Translations under genes and position numbers: made by a program
Notes under the pieces: generated by a model
The model's database searches: none
Told to the model about the DNA's origin: nothing
Seen by the model: only the letters and a program-made list of their open reading frames with translations
Source: Mustelus asterias
Taxonomy: Eukaryota
Direction: 5' to 3'
DNA length: 64,000 nt
NCBI RefSeq assembly: GCF_964213995.1
Contig: NW_027590818.1
Span: 62,001 to 126,000 of the forward strand
Shown here: one piece after another, positions 51,326 through 62,126 of the stretch
How positions within the stretch are numbered: the first letter of the stretch is position 1
Layout of the letters: each line of letters begins with the position of its first letter

Positions 51326-51672
51326 AGTTTCCGTAAGGGCCTTGTATCAGTTTGTATCACTGTGAATGATCAGCGCACAATAATACACCTCATTGTCACT
51401 CAGCTGTACATCTGCCAGGGTGAAACTGAGGAAACGATCCAATACTCGGAGTTTTGACCAGAATCGGCCTCCCACACGCTCAGCTTTCTTTGTATTTCCC
51501 TCCGAATTCCTTTTGATTAAAAATACCGACTCCTCCCCCGGATTTTGTCGGTGCCAGAGCAGATAATCGCGGCGGCTGTCTGTGGAGAATGAACAGGGCA
51601 ACACCATGCGTTCTTGTTCTAAACATGATACTGACGGTGCAGTTTGCTTTACAGTATCAGAATAACACAGTC
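51326..51672 (-). other. TCR alpha/delta V exon, open frame (51672-51365) with 23-RSS (51364-51326); nearest leader (51857-51802) defective
   Basis: DTVKQTAP...LPCSF...LLWHRQNP...DNEVYYCALII; CACAGTG-23-ACGGAAACT. The candidate leader contains TAA and is in the wrong phase. Confidence 0.85.
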
Positions 51673-52492
51673 CTTCAAATGGTAACCAGAAAATAGATAT
51701 ACGTTTAAATATGGGGAACCTCAGTCAACATTCATTCATTCTCCTCGACATAGAATCATTAAGTGTTACAGCAAATAACGAGAATATTCAGTATATATTA
51801 CCTGCATTGGCAGACGATGGAGTTACTATTTTATCCTGCAGTCTGTTCTTTCCGCATTGCACTGAAAATCTCCTACCTTCCAATATTCATGCAGTTTCTT
51901 AACTGTTAAGATGAAGTTTACTTTAACTAACATTTCAATCAGCATATAGAAACAGAATCTGCTGCATCAACTCAGCAGGTCTGGCAGCATCTGTGAAGAC
52001 AAAAGCAGAGTTAACATCTGGAGTCCATATGACTTTTGTTCAGATTCTGTGGAAGAATCATATGGACTCGAAACATTAACTCTCTTTCTCCCGTGGTTGT
52101 CATACTTCAACCGAAGCCTGATTATCTGTGAATAAATCTTTTGTTTTGTATTTGCACATTATCAATAGAGGCAAGAATTCTATATGGTTTTTAAAGTGCA
52201 ATTTGAACCAACACCTTCAGCATTTTCCATACATTCATCCAATATTCTTTCCCTCCAATTACCTAAGTTTTAACTGCAGCAAACTATTGTAAACTTCACT
52301 CCAATCAAAGTGAATGGTCACTCAAAACTCGCATCCGTCCATTCCTCCATCCATCCTACTGTCCGTCTGTTCATCCATCCATCCTCTATTATCCCCTTAA
52401 AGGCCCCATAGTCCACCCCTTGTTCACACATCCGCCCCTCCTTCAATAGTTATGTGACAAAACTTCGTTCTAATGAAAGCTAAAGAACTCAC

Positions 52493-52541
52493 CGAGCTTC
52501 AGAACAAGAATCAAAACGGGAGCCCATAAATTCTTTCACAT
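52493..52541 (-). pseudogene. Orphan V-type leader exon with a stop in codon 2
   Basis: ATG TGA then KNLWAPVLILVLKL G|GTGAGT; 49 nt, phase 1. Confidence 0.5.
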
Positions 52542-53409
52542 TTCTGTTCCCTCAAAATTGAATTTCCCACAGACTTTGAACGGTTCCTGAAGTCGAGCTA
52601 CAATCGACCTGTTAGAATCTTCCTAAGTATCCCGCTGTTTCGCAGTTAATATCTCTGTTGTGGGTTTGATCTCATTTGATCCTATCAGCTGCTATTTGAC
52701 TCCGGCTAATAAGGAGTGTAAACTGAGTCAGCTGTTCTGAATAAAACAGGAAGTACAATTAGTCGGATGCGCCTCCAGTGAAGCTGTCCTTCTGACTAAG
52801 ACAAAGGAAGTGGTTCTAAAGTTGCACACTGAGATTCCAACTTACAAGGCGTCGCATTCAGGACAAAGCAGCCCCGCACGATTGGTGCCGCTTGCACCAA
52901 CATTCACTCGCTCCACCAACGGTGCACAGTGGCAACCTTTTGTACCATGTACACGATGAACTGCAGGAACTCACCAAGCCTCCTGAGGCGCTTCATTTCA
53001 GACACAAAACAGCTACAATTTAGAAGGCCATGCGAACACTACCACTATTCAGACTTGGAAATATCCTCCGTTCCTTTACTGTCGCTCGGTCTCGGTAATT
53101 ATACTGGAATTCCCTCCCTAATCGTGCTGTGGGTGTACTTGTACCGCAGGGACTGCAACTCTTCAAGAAGGCAGTTCACCAGCATCTTATCAAGGGCAAT
53201 TCGAGATTGACCATGTCGGCTGCCATCGCCAGCCAAGCCCACATGCCCTGAATTAATAACAATAAATAATCAATTCGAGAGCAAGTAGAGCATGACATTC
53301 ACTGCTGTGGGTCGCGGGATGAGTCTCTGTGTTCTGGCTGCCGGGTAGCTTTGACTGAAAGTTCACAGCTGCGTTCACCATTTAAATCCTTGAATTTAAG
53401 ATGAAGGAT

Positions 53410-53519
53410 GGGCGTGGCCTATCTTACCAATGTTCGGGTCTGAAGTAGTTCAATTCAGCTCTGAGGTCCAGTCTCCCAGAGCAGTCCAGCTCTGCAGTCT
53501 CAGCTCCTCGTCATATAAA
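53410..53519 (+). promoter_or_regulatory. NAR-TCR V promoter
   Basis: GGGCGTGGC 53410-53418, CCAAT 53427-53431, TATAAA 53514-53519; GC box and TATA are retained in the inverted paralogue (~62642-62750). Confidence 0.6.
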
Positions 53520-53542
53520 CCTCAGTTCCAGGCGGCAGAGCG

Positions 53543-54020
53543 ATGGGAATCCTTCTTGTTTTCACCGTGTGTGCCTATTTACCCCGTGAGTACCGATCAA
53601 ACTAACCCACATTGTGTGGATTGAACATAATGCCCCAGTCCATCTCAATTACAGACACTGTCTGGGGTTTAGCCCCGTTGTGCGGTTCGGCTCTGATGGT
53701 CCATTAAACTCTCTGTGCTTAATTTCCAGGATGTTTCAGTCAGTCAGTGACTCAAAGCCCGGCAGCGGTGACCAGGAAGGAGTGTCAGTCTCTCACCATC
53801 ACCTGTGTTTTCAATGGTGTTTACGATTTAGAAAATGGCCATTTCTTCAGACAAACCCAAACTGGGACAGAGCGGGAGCGGATCTCCAGCGGAGGGAGGT
53901 TTGTTGTGTCGGTGAATGAAGCAGAAAAGACATTTTCGCTGGAAATTCGGGACATGAGAATTGAAGACACCGCCACCTATTACTGTAAAGCTCAGCACTG
54001 GTACTACGCACATGGGACAC
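53543..54020 (+). CDS. NAR-TCR V segment (VNAR-like), leader 53543-53585, V exon 53730-54020, intact
   Basis: MGILLVFTVCAYLP|R-CFSQSVTQSPAAVTRKECQSLTITCVF...ERISSGGRFVVSVNEAEKTFSLEIRDMRIEDTATYYCKAQHWYYAHGT. CDR2 deletion and YYCKA as in VNAR; extra FR1 Cys. Confidence 0.92.
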
Positions 54021-54048
54021 CACAGTGGAAGAGAGGAGAACAAATACT
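54021..54048 (+). other. 12-bp-spacer RSS of the NAR-TCR V
   Basis: CACAGTG-GAAGAGAGGAGA-ACAAATACT; no nonamer at the 23-bp distance. Confidence 0.88.
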
Positions 54049-54379
54049 TAAATATTTCTGAACAAGCGAAGCAATAATTTCCAGGACACGGACCATAGCT
54101 TGTCGGGTTGTTGTTATTATCGTTGCAACATGATTTCATTTCGTTGTAATTTCCTCCCTTCAGTTATCTTTCTTTAACTTTTTTATTCCATTTCTACGAA
54201 GCGTCCATCTCCACTCCGTTCCTGGGCCATTTTGCCAAGAGTTCAGAGTGTCCCAAGGAACAGTTTGTTCCAATGGGAATTATAAAACTATCATACTTCA
54301 TTATTGATCTATAACCCCTGAATAATTGATAAACGCTGACTATTCGGTAATTTTTTCCCCATCAGTTTGAGGTGTCAGT

Positions 54380-54471
54380 CATTCTTGTGCTGGGCTGACT
54401 GAGAGTGCTGACACTGTGGGGAGAGTGGAGATTTACAGATGGGTCTGGGACGGTGGTGACTGTCTCAGCTG
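54380..54471 (+). other. NAR-TCR J segment (54419-54471) with 23-RSS (54380-54418)
   Basis: CATTCTTGT-23-CACTGTG, then GEWRFTDGSGTVVTVSA G|GTAAGT (IgNAR-like GxGTVVTV motif). Confidence 0.9.
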
Positions 54472-56510
54472 GTAAGTGACTCCAAATCCCCCCGTATTGC
54501 AGAATGTCCTGGTTCGTTTTCGCCGTCAGTTCATTCTTGTCGTCTGCCTCTCTTCAATCCTCTGTGACTACAATAGCAGCGTGGGGGAAGGGGGTTTCTG
54601 TGGAAGATTTTCAATTGCAGTTTTAGATTTGGGAGCAGAATAGGAAACTGGAGTCGGGTCCATATTTTGAAGCTATGACTTCTGTCCTCGTGTCAACTTT
54701 GATTCTCTCTGTGGCTCTTACGGAGGGTCATCCAGACTGGAAACGTTGACTCTATTCTGTCTCCACAGATGCTGTCAGACCTGTTGAGGTTTGCCAACAT
54801 TTTTCAGGTTTTGGTGTTGATATAAATCTTTAGCATTAATTGATAGATTCATTAATGTACGTGTGGAGAAAATGATTCAGATTAAAGAAACATTTAATAT
54901 GATGCCAGTGAGATAAAAGAAAAAGAAATTAGGAGGAATGTGGAGCGCGCTGCCACATGGAGTGGTTGCAGTCAATGGCGTAAGGAATTTTTCAGACGGC
55001 GTGAAAGATCGAGGAGGGAGAAGGACACAGTGCTCAGTGTACAAAGGTTTCGTTAGGGATCGAGTGTGAGAGGGGAGTAGGTACGTGCGCAGTGCAAGGA
55101 CAAGCGTACTGTGAGCCGACTGGCCTACTTCTGTTCTGTGGAATCTATATAATATAAAATACAGAGAGGATTCTGCCCAGAAAGCATGGGGAACAATCAA
55201 CCAATGGATGGAAGGAATTGAAAATCTCAGGCACCTTGAAAAGGCAATTTTCACAGTGAGTAACAGTGAGCAAGTCGATCGGGGAAACTGAGCATGCTGA
55301 TCTCAACTGACATTGGAGAGTGTCTGGGACAGGTTCTCGTGGTGGCAAGAAATCGCAAGCAGTACAAAGAGAACAACTCAGATTTATAAATACATTGGTA
55401 TTAACTGTAAATCATTCTAATATATAATATAAATTGTAGAATTGATGGACGAAACTGTGCAAAGAGTTGGACTGTAGTCAAAGGTTGATCTTTGACACAG
55501 ATATGCATTGTCAGTTTCGCTTAATCAGTTTCGCTGGGCGAGTATGACCGTCTTTGCCTGAATCTTGATGCGACCCAGCATATAAAACTGCAGGGTTACT
55601 CTCAGTCAATCAACTCTGGACAGCAATTGTTATAGTGAGAAGAGTGAACTTTCATATAATTTCCTCAGGTTTGTAAATCGCCAATATACACAGAAGCAGA
55701 CACTAAATATAAAACATAAAATCAGAAACCAGAGAAGGACATCACTCTGACCAAGTGGCCATTCTTTGCAGGTGCTACTGAACGTTTCCTATTTTACCTT
55801 CCTGCTCTTCAAACCCCCGGAATTCTAATCTGATTCTGTATATTTCTTCCATTTACCGTTCGAAAATGAGTGTTGAATTTGTTTCCAACACACATCTCCA
55901 AATAATCCAGATGAGCAAAATTCGCTGTGTACAAAAAAAATCATCTAAGTATCTGCCCCTCGGCTCTTTTGCCATTTTTTTTCAATTCATCCTCTGGATG
56001 TGGGTGTCCCTAATTGCCTTTGAACAGGATGGCTTGCGAAGCCCATTTTAGAGGGCATTTAAGAGTCAACCGCATTTTTGTGTATCAGGAGCCACATGTA
56101 GGCCAGACCAGATAAGGATGGCAGATTTTCTTCCCTCAAGAACATTAGTCAAACACATGTGGTTTTAACGACAATCGACAATGTTTTCATAGTCATCTTT
56201 GAATTAACATGCTTGTTTTATTGAAATCAATTCAATATTGAATTGAAATTCAAATTTCACCATCTTCCGTGGCAACATTCGTACCCGTGTCCCCAGCGTA
56301 TTACTTGGATTACTAAATCTCTGGATTAAGCAATCCAGTCATAATACCACTTTGCCGCCGTCTCCCTAATTAATTATAGTGAATAAATGTCGCACACCCT
56401 TTAATGAAACAATTACGGGAAAATGGCGAGCTATTGACGCGATTATATTTCCCTGGGCAAACTAACATGCAACGCAAGTAATGGAATCATAGAAATGCAT
56501 TATTTTATAG

Positions 56511-56825
56511 GTTCTGCAGAATCCAGTTCATCCGTGTCACAGAATCCGTCTCTCCAAACCTGTGCTGCTGACGACACCATTACTTTAAACTGTGAATATC
56601 CAGGATTTTGTCAACACACACTCTACTGGTACCGTCACTCTCCAGGACAGACCCCAAAATACCTGCTTAAGAGACACACATCAGGCGAGGCGATCAAAGA
56701 GAACGCTGCCGGGCAGAGAATTTCTGCTTCTGTCGACCCTGTCGAAAAAATCAGCTGGTTAAAGATCTCCAAGGTGCAACTGAGCGACTCCGCTGTGTAT
56801 TACTGTGCACTGAGTGGGCGCACAG
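56511..56825 (+). CDS. TRDV: Leaderless supporting TCR delta V of NAR-TCR, intact
   Basis: TTTTATAG|GT acceptor in phase with the J donor; SVSQNP...LNCEYPGFCQHTLYWYRHSP...DSAVYYCALS; CDR1 Cys; no leader exon found upstream. Confidence 0.92.
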
Positions 56826-57120
56826 CACAGTGATGCAGAACAGGGAGAGAGCCGTACAGAAACTTGAACATGGTGAGGATTACAGACAAAGTGATACAGA
56901 ACACGGAGAGAGCTGTACAAATACCTGGACCTGGTGAGGATTACAGACACAGTGATACAGAATACGGAGAGAGCTGTACAGAAACCTGAACATGGTGAGG
57001 ATTTCAGACAGAGTGATGCAGAACACGGAGAGAGATGTGCAATAACTTGTACATGGTGAGGATTACAGACACAGTGATGCAGAAGACGGGGAGAGTTATT
57101 CAGAAGCCTGAACATGGTGA
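56826..57120 (+). repeat. Tandem array of five 23-RSS units (61-bp period)
   Basis: Heptamers at 56826, 56887, 56948, 57009 and 57070, each followed by 23 bp, a nonamer and a 22-bp linker. Confidence 0.93.
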
Positions 57121-57140
57121 GATCACAAGAATCTGAAATG

Positions 57141-57492
57141 CATGTTCAGGTTTTTGTACAGCTGTCTCCGTGTTCTGTATCAGTATGTCTGTAATCCTCA
57201 CCATGTCCAATTTATTGCACAGCTCTCTCCGTGTTCTGTGTCACTGTGTCTGTAATCCTCACCATGTCCAGGTTTTTGTACAACTCCCTCCGTGTTCTGT
57301 ATCACTGTGTCTGTAATCCTCACCATGTCCAATTTATTGCACAGCTCTCTTCGTGTTCTGTGTCACTGTGTCTGTAATCCTCACCATGTCCAGGTTTTTG
57401 TACAACTCTCTCCGTGTTCTGTATCACTGTGTCTGTAATCCTCACCACGTTCAGGTTTTTGTACAGCTCTCTCCGTGTTCTGTGCGATTGTG
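57141..57492 (-). repeat. Tandem array of six 23-RSS units (61-bp period), opposite strand
   Basis: Heptamers start (minus strand) at 57492, 57431, 57370, 57309, 57248 and 57187; four nonamers are the consensus ACAAAAACC. Confidence 0.93.
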
Positions 57493-57806
57493 CTGTGCGC
57501 CAACTCAGTTCACAGTAATAAACAGCGGAGTCGCTCAGTTAAAGTTTGGAGATCTTTAACCGGCTGATTTTGACGGAAGAATCGATAGAAGCAGAAATCC
57601 TCCCCCCGACCCTGTTTGATTTATTCTCCTCTCCAGAAATGTGTGTCTGAAGCAGGTATTTCTGAGCCTGTCCTGGGGTCTGAGGGTACCAGTGTACTGT
57701 GTACTGACAGAGACCTGAATATTCGCAGCTTCAAATAACCGGTCACCGGCAGCTGAGGTTTGTAGAAGGGAACTTGGTGACACAGCTGGGCTGGAATCTG
57801 CAGTGT
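57493..57806 (-). pseudogene. Supporting TCR delta V pseudogene (inverted paralogue)
   Basis: CEYSGLCQYTVHWYPQTP...ISKL*LSDSAVYYCELS; acceptor CG, FR1 frameshift, TAA. Confidence 0.88.
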
Positions 57807-57904
57807 CGAAATAAAATGAATTGTTTGTTGAGCCACTGTTTACCCGGGAAAACTTGTCAATCGGATGAATACCTGTCTGTTGCGGCAATTTGTTTAATTT
57901 AATT

Positions 57905-58235
57905 AGGGGGTGGCACGGTGGCAGAGTGGTTGCCAACGCTGCCTCACAGCGACAGGGACCCAGGTTCAATTCCGGCCTCGGGTCATTGTCTGTGTGGAGT
58001 TTGCACATTCTCCCCGTGTCTGTTTGGGTTTACTCCGGGTGCTCCGATTTCATCCCACAGTCCAAAGATGTGCAGATTACGTTGATTGGCCAAGGTAAAT
58101 TGACCCTAGTGTCCGAGAAAGATTAGAAGGATAAATATGTGAGGTTATGGGAATATTGCCTGGGACTGGGTGGGATGTGGTCGGTACAGACTTGACGGGC
58201 CAAATGGCCTCCTTCTGTCCTGTAAGGATTCTATG
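57905..58235 (+). mobile_element. HE1-type SINE
   Basis: Head, core and TTCTATGA tail. Confidence 0.85.
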
Positions 58236-60892
58236 AATGTGTTTCAAAATGCATTGATTATTGGAAATAAACAAGCGTGGCAGATCTTCAGATCTTTTTT
58301 TCACAGAGAATTGCAGTCACCTGAAGTGCACTGCGGAAGGGGTGGTTCTGGAAGCAGATTGAACATTATCTTGAGGGGCAATTGAGGGGCAAAAATTTCT
58401 GGGACAGGACAAGATTCCAGTGGGGACAAAAAGAAGAACGAATGGATATATTGGCAGCACCTTCAAATTACAGTCATTATTTTCAGAATTGTGTTTTTTT
58501 TGCAGAGTATGATTTTATTTTTATTAAATATCTGCTAATAAATATATTGGTGAAATGCGAACCAGAAAACTAAATCGCAAAGTTCACTCTTCTCTTCAAT
58601 GAATCAATTGCTGTCTAGATTTGACTGCCCGAAGGAAAATCAGCAGTCTTATATTTCAGTACATACCAAGGTTCAGCACAGAACAGAGATTTTCGTCCAC
58701 ACCTATTAATCCGAAATGACAATGTAAATCTGTGGGTCAAAGATCGACTTTTGGCCGCAGTTCAACATTACAAGGTAAATCCAGTCTGCCGTTGGGCTAT
58801 TTGTCTCTTTCCGTCCATCAATTCTACCGTTTTACTTCTATTAGAAATATTTGCAAGTTGATTTCATTTTATTTCTACATCTGAGTTGTTTTCTGTCTGT
58901 TCATGGCGGTTTCTAACCGTCATGAAAATTTGCCCTAATTTCTCTCAGTTATCCGTTGGTTCAGTCTGTTCAGTTTCCGCAGTGGTTTTACTGTTACTCC
59001 CTGGGAGTTGCCCTTAGGGTATGTGATAATGTCAATCCCTTTAGTCCATTGGCTGATTGTTCCCTGTCCTTTCCGAACAGAATAGTCTCTGAGTTTTATA
59101 TTCTACACTTTCCACTTAGCACGAATAGGCCACTAGGTCCAGATGGTCGAAGATTGTCCTCGTACATCCCCTTCTCCTCTCATCCTCAGCTGTGTGTCCA
59201 TTTATTCCTCTCTCCCGCCCATATATTTCAAGCTGTGCCATAAATTCATCACGCCGTTTCTCCAAAGAGCGAGTTTCACATGCTGATGTGTTTCCGTGTA
59301 AATATACCCGAATGTTTCTATCTCTTCTGATATTCATTTCTTATTTCATATATAAATGTCTACTTCTTCTGGGGACCCTGGTTCGAATCCTGCCTCGGCA
59401 GTTGGTGGAATTTGACTTCAATTTTAAAAAATCTGAAGTTAAGTATCTGCTGCTGACCGTGAAACCATTTCCGATTTTTGGAAAAAGCCACAGAAATGTG
59501 ATTGACTCTCAACTGCCCTTAAATATGGCCTAGCCAGCCATTGATTTGAAGGGCGACCAGGAATGCACAATAAATGCTGGCCAACCAGCGACGACATGTC
59601 ACACGAATGAATTAAAGAAGAAAAAAGAACAACTCTCCCACCGAAGGAACAGTTTCTGCACATGGAGCTCCTTGAAACTACAATATAATGTTTAGTGTTT
59701 CTGTGCTGCTTTTTCATGTCTTACCAGCCTTCGAAAGCCAAAAGGCAAAGCTTTTCCAAACTTTCGATATCCAAACACATTATTGATTTTTTTTTCTCAG
59801 AAGTGTAAGAAATTCATGCTGATAATAAGATACTTAAGAAATAGAAACATGGTAGACTAATCCACCTTGGGGACCCGCTGTACAATTCAGAAATGTTCAG
59901 ATCTGATCATCTACCTTAATGCTAACTGTGCGTCCTATTCCCAAATCCATTATTTCCATTAGCATTCAAAACTAAAATCCATGGAACGGTTCAGCACCCT
60001 CAGCCTCGACACAACCCAATCCTTGAGGGATTCATTATGCTTCAATCAGCACAATCCCATGTTTTTGAAATCGACAAAAAACATAAAGCAAACGGATTTG
60101 TCCACAATTAGCGATCAATATGTGGAAGAGAATGCAATTCAAACTTTTCGCAGTTCTGCCAAAATGATTGTTTATAGGAAGGAAATAAAGATCAGTCAGG
60201 ATATAATTATTTTGAGTCACTGCTGGCACATGAAATGTCACCTACAACTATCAAATAAGCTCTCGAAGCTATTTGTGTCATGTTCCCGTTTTCCTGCCGC
60301 TGCAGGTATTGGACCGGCTGCTGCAATTTTGGGTTACCTCTCCCGGTACCGCGTTGACATTTCCTGGCCTCTTTTAGATCATTTCATGGAGCAGAGAGAA
60401 ATCCTGTGCTCGGTGGCTCCGCTCTCTCCCAGCGGAGAGCAGGGAGCAGGGTTCGGAGTGTCCATAATGTATTTTTATTCATTGATGTGACATGGGCGTC
60501 GTCGCTGGCTTGCTGCCCATCCCCAGATACCTAAGGCAGTTGTGAGTCAACCACATTGCTGTGGCTCTGCTGTCACATGTAGGCCAGACCAGGCAAGGAC
60601 AGCAGGTTCCCTTCCCTGAAGGGCATTAGTGAATCAAATGGGTTTTTCTGACAATCGACAATGGCTTCATGGTCATCAGTAGATTCTTAATTCCAGATAT
60701 GATTATTGAATTGAAATTCCACCATCTGCGCTGGCGAGACTCCCAGAACTTTAGCTGTGTTTTTGAATTCATTGTCCAGCGATAATTCCATTTGGCCATC
60801 ACCTCCCCGAATGTACGCTCACTGAAACCAGTTAGGAGAGTGAGAGAGCAGGATGTTGTGAGGATTACCCGATGCCTTCCTTAAACCATGAT

Positions 60893-61420
60893 TGGAGATG
60901 CGTTGGAATGGGGTGGGCACGGTAAGATGTCTCACAACACCAGGTTAAAGTCCAACCGTTTTATTTGGAATCACGAGCTTTCGGAGCACTGCTACTTCCT
61001 CAGGTGAATGGAGAGTTGGGTTCGCAAACATGGCATATATAGACAGAGACGCAATTCCAAGATAATGGTTGGAATGCGCGTCTTTGAGGACCGGGATCTT
61101 GGGTTCATGTCACACTACATGTAAACTCCACCATTTTGCCTGGGCTTGCAAAGTCCTACCATCTGTCCTGGTTTGAGACAATTCACACGTCTTTAACCTG
61201 TGATTAACCCTCTCTTCACTCGCATTGTCTGCACCTGTAAAGACTTGATTACCTGTAAAGACTTGCATTCCAACCATTTTATTGCAATTGCGTCTCTGTC
61301 TATATCTGCCATGTTTGTGAACCCAACTCTCCACTCACCTGAGAAAGGAGCAGCGGTCCGAATGCTCGTGATTCGATGTAAACCTGTTGGCCTTTAATCT
61401 CGTGTTGTGAGATTTTTTGC
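60893..61420. mobile_element. Penelope-associated repeat with inverted internal arms
   Basis: Related to 788-972; 60930-61080 and 61270-61415 are mutually reverse-complementary. Confidence 0.55.
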
Positions 61421-61702
61421 TGTTCCTTAAACCAATAATAGCTCAGATAGGATCAGCTGAAACTCCTTCCCCGTAGGACACCTGTCCTTTGGGGTCTCAC
61501 TCTGCTTCAATCTGGTCTCACAGCCGGACTCGACTTCGGTTTCTTACTCTGCCCCCAGTCTAAATCTGCAATTGAAAATCTTCCTCAGGAAACCACCCTG
61601 CTTTAGAAGCAGACAATTGAAGTGATACTGATAACGAATTTAAACTGACGGTGAACACGAATCTAAACAGGCTGCAACACACTGGGATTAGGAGTCACTT
61701 AA

Positions 61703-61793
61703 CGGCTGTGACAGTCACCACCGTCCCAGACCCATCTGCAATCTCCATTCGCCCCACAGTGTCAGCGTTCTCAGTCAGCCCAGCACAAGAATG
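61703..61793 (-). pseudogene. NAR-TCR J paralogue (61754-61703) with 23-RSS; splice donor mutated
   Basis: CATTCTTGT-23-CACTGTG; GRMEIADGSGTVVTVTA G|TTAAGT. Confidence 0.85.
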
Positions 61794-62126
61794 ACTGACA
61801 CCTCAAACTGCCGAGCAACCATTCCCGAAGAATCAGTGTTTCTCGATTATTCAGGGGATTTGAATCAATATGAACATTGGTTGTTTAAAAAAAACCTCAT
61901 TGGATCAAACGTTTCCTTGTGACTCTCTGAGTTCCTGGTAAAATTTCCCAGGAACAGGAGCAGAGATGCAAGATTCTTATTAACAGCGAAAAACCTTGAA
62001 GAATTATAACTGATAGGTGGAAATTACAATGAAATTAAACTAGATTGAACTGGGAATAACATCAACCCGACAAGTCAAGTTACCGAACATGGGAATTGCT
62101 GGGAATTACTGTTTTGATTGTCCTGA

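Noticed and set aside
54049-54379. Possible NAR-TCR D segment (CAGAGTG at ~54244)
   Set aside because: Lacks CAC and has no partner RSS or correctly spaced nonamer.
56826-57492. 61-bp repeats as CRISPR or as D segments
   Set aside because: Linkers are near-identical and have no 5' RSS in the required orientation, so they are neither spacers nor conventional D segments.
59981-60490. 169-aa ORF in the inverted cassette intron
   Set aside because: No recognisable domain; absent from the intact paralogous intron.
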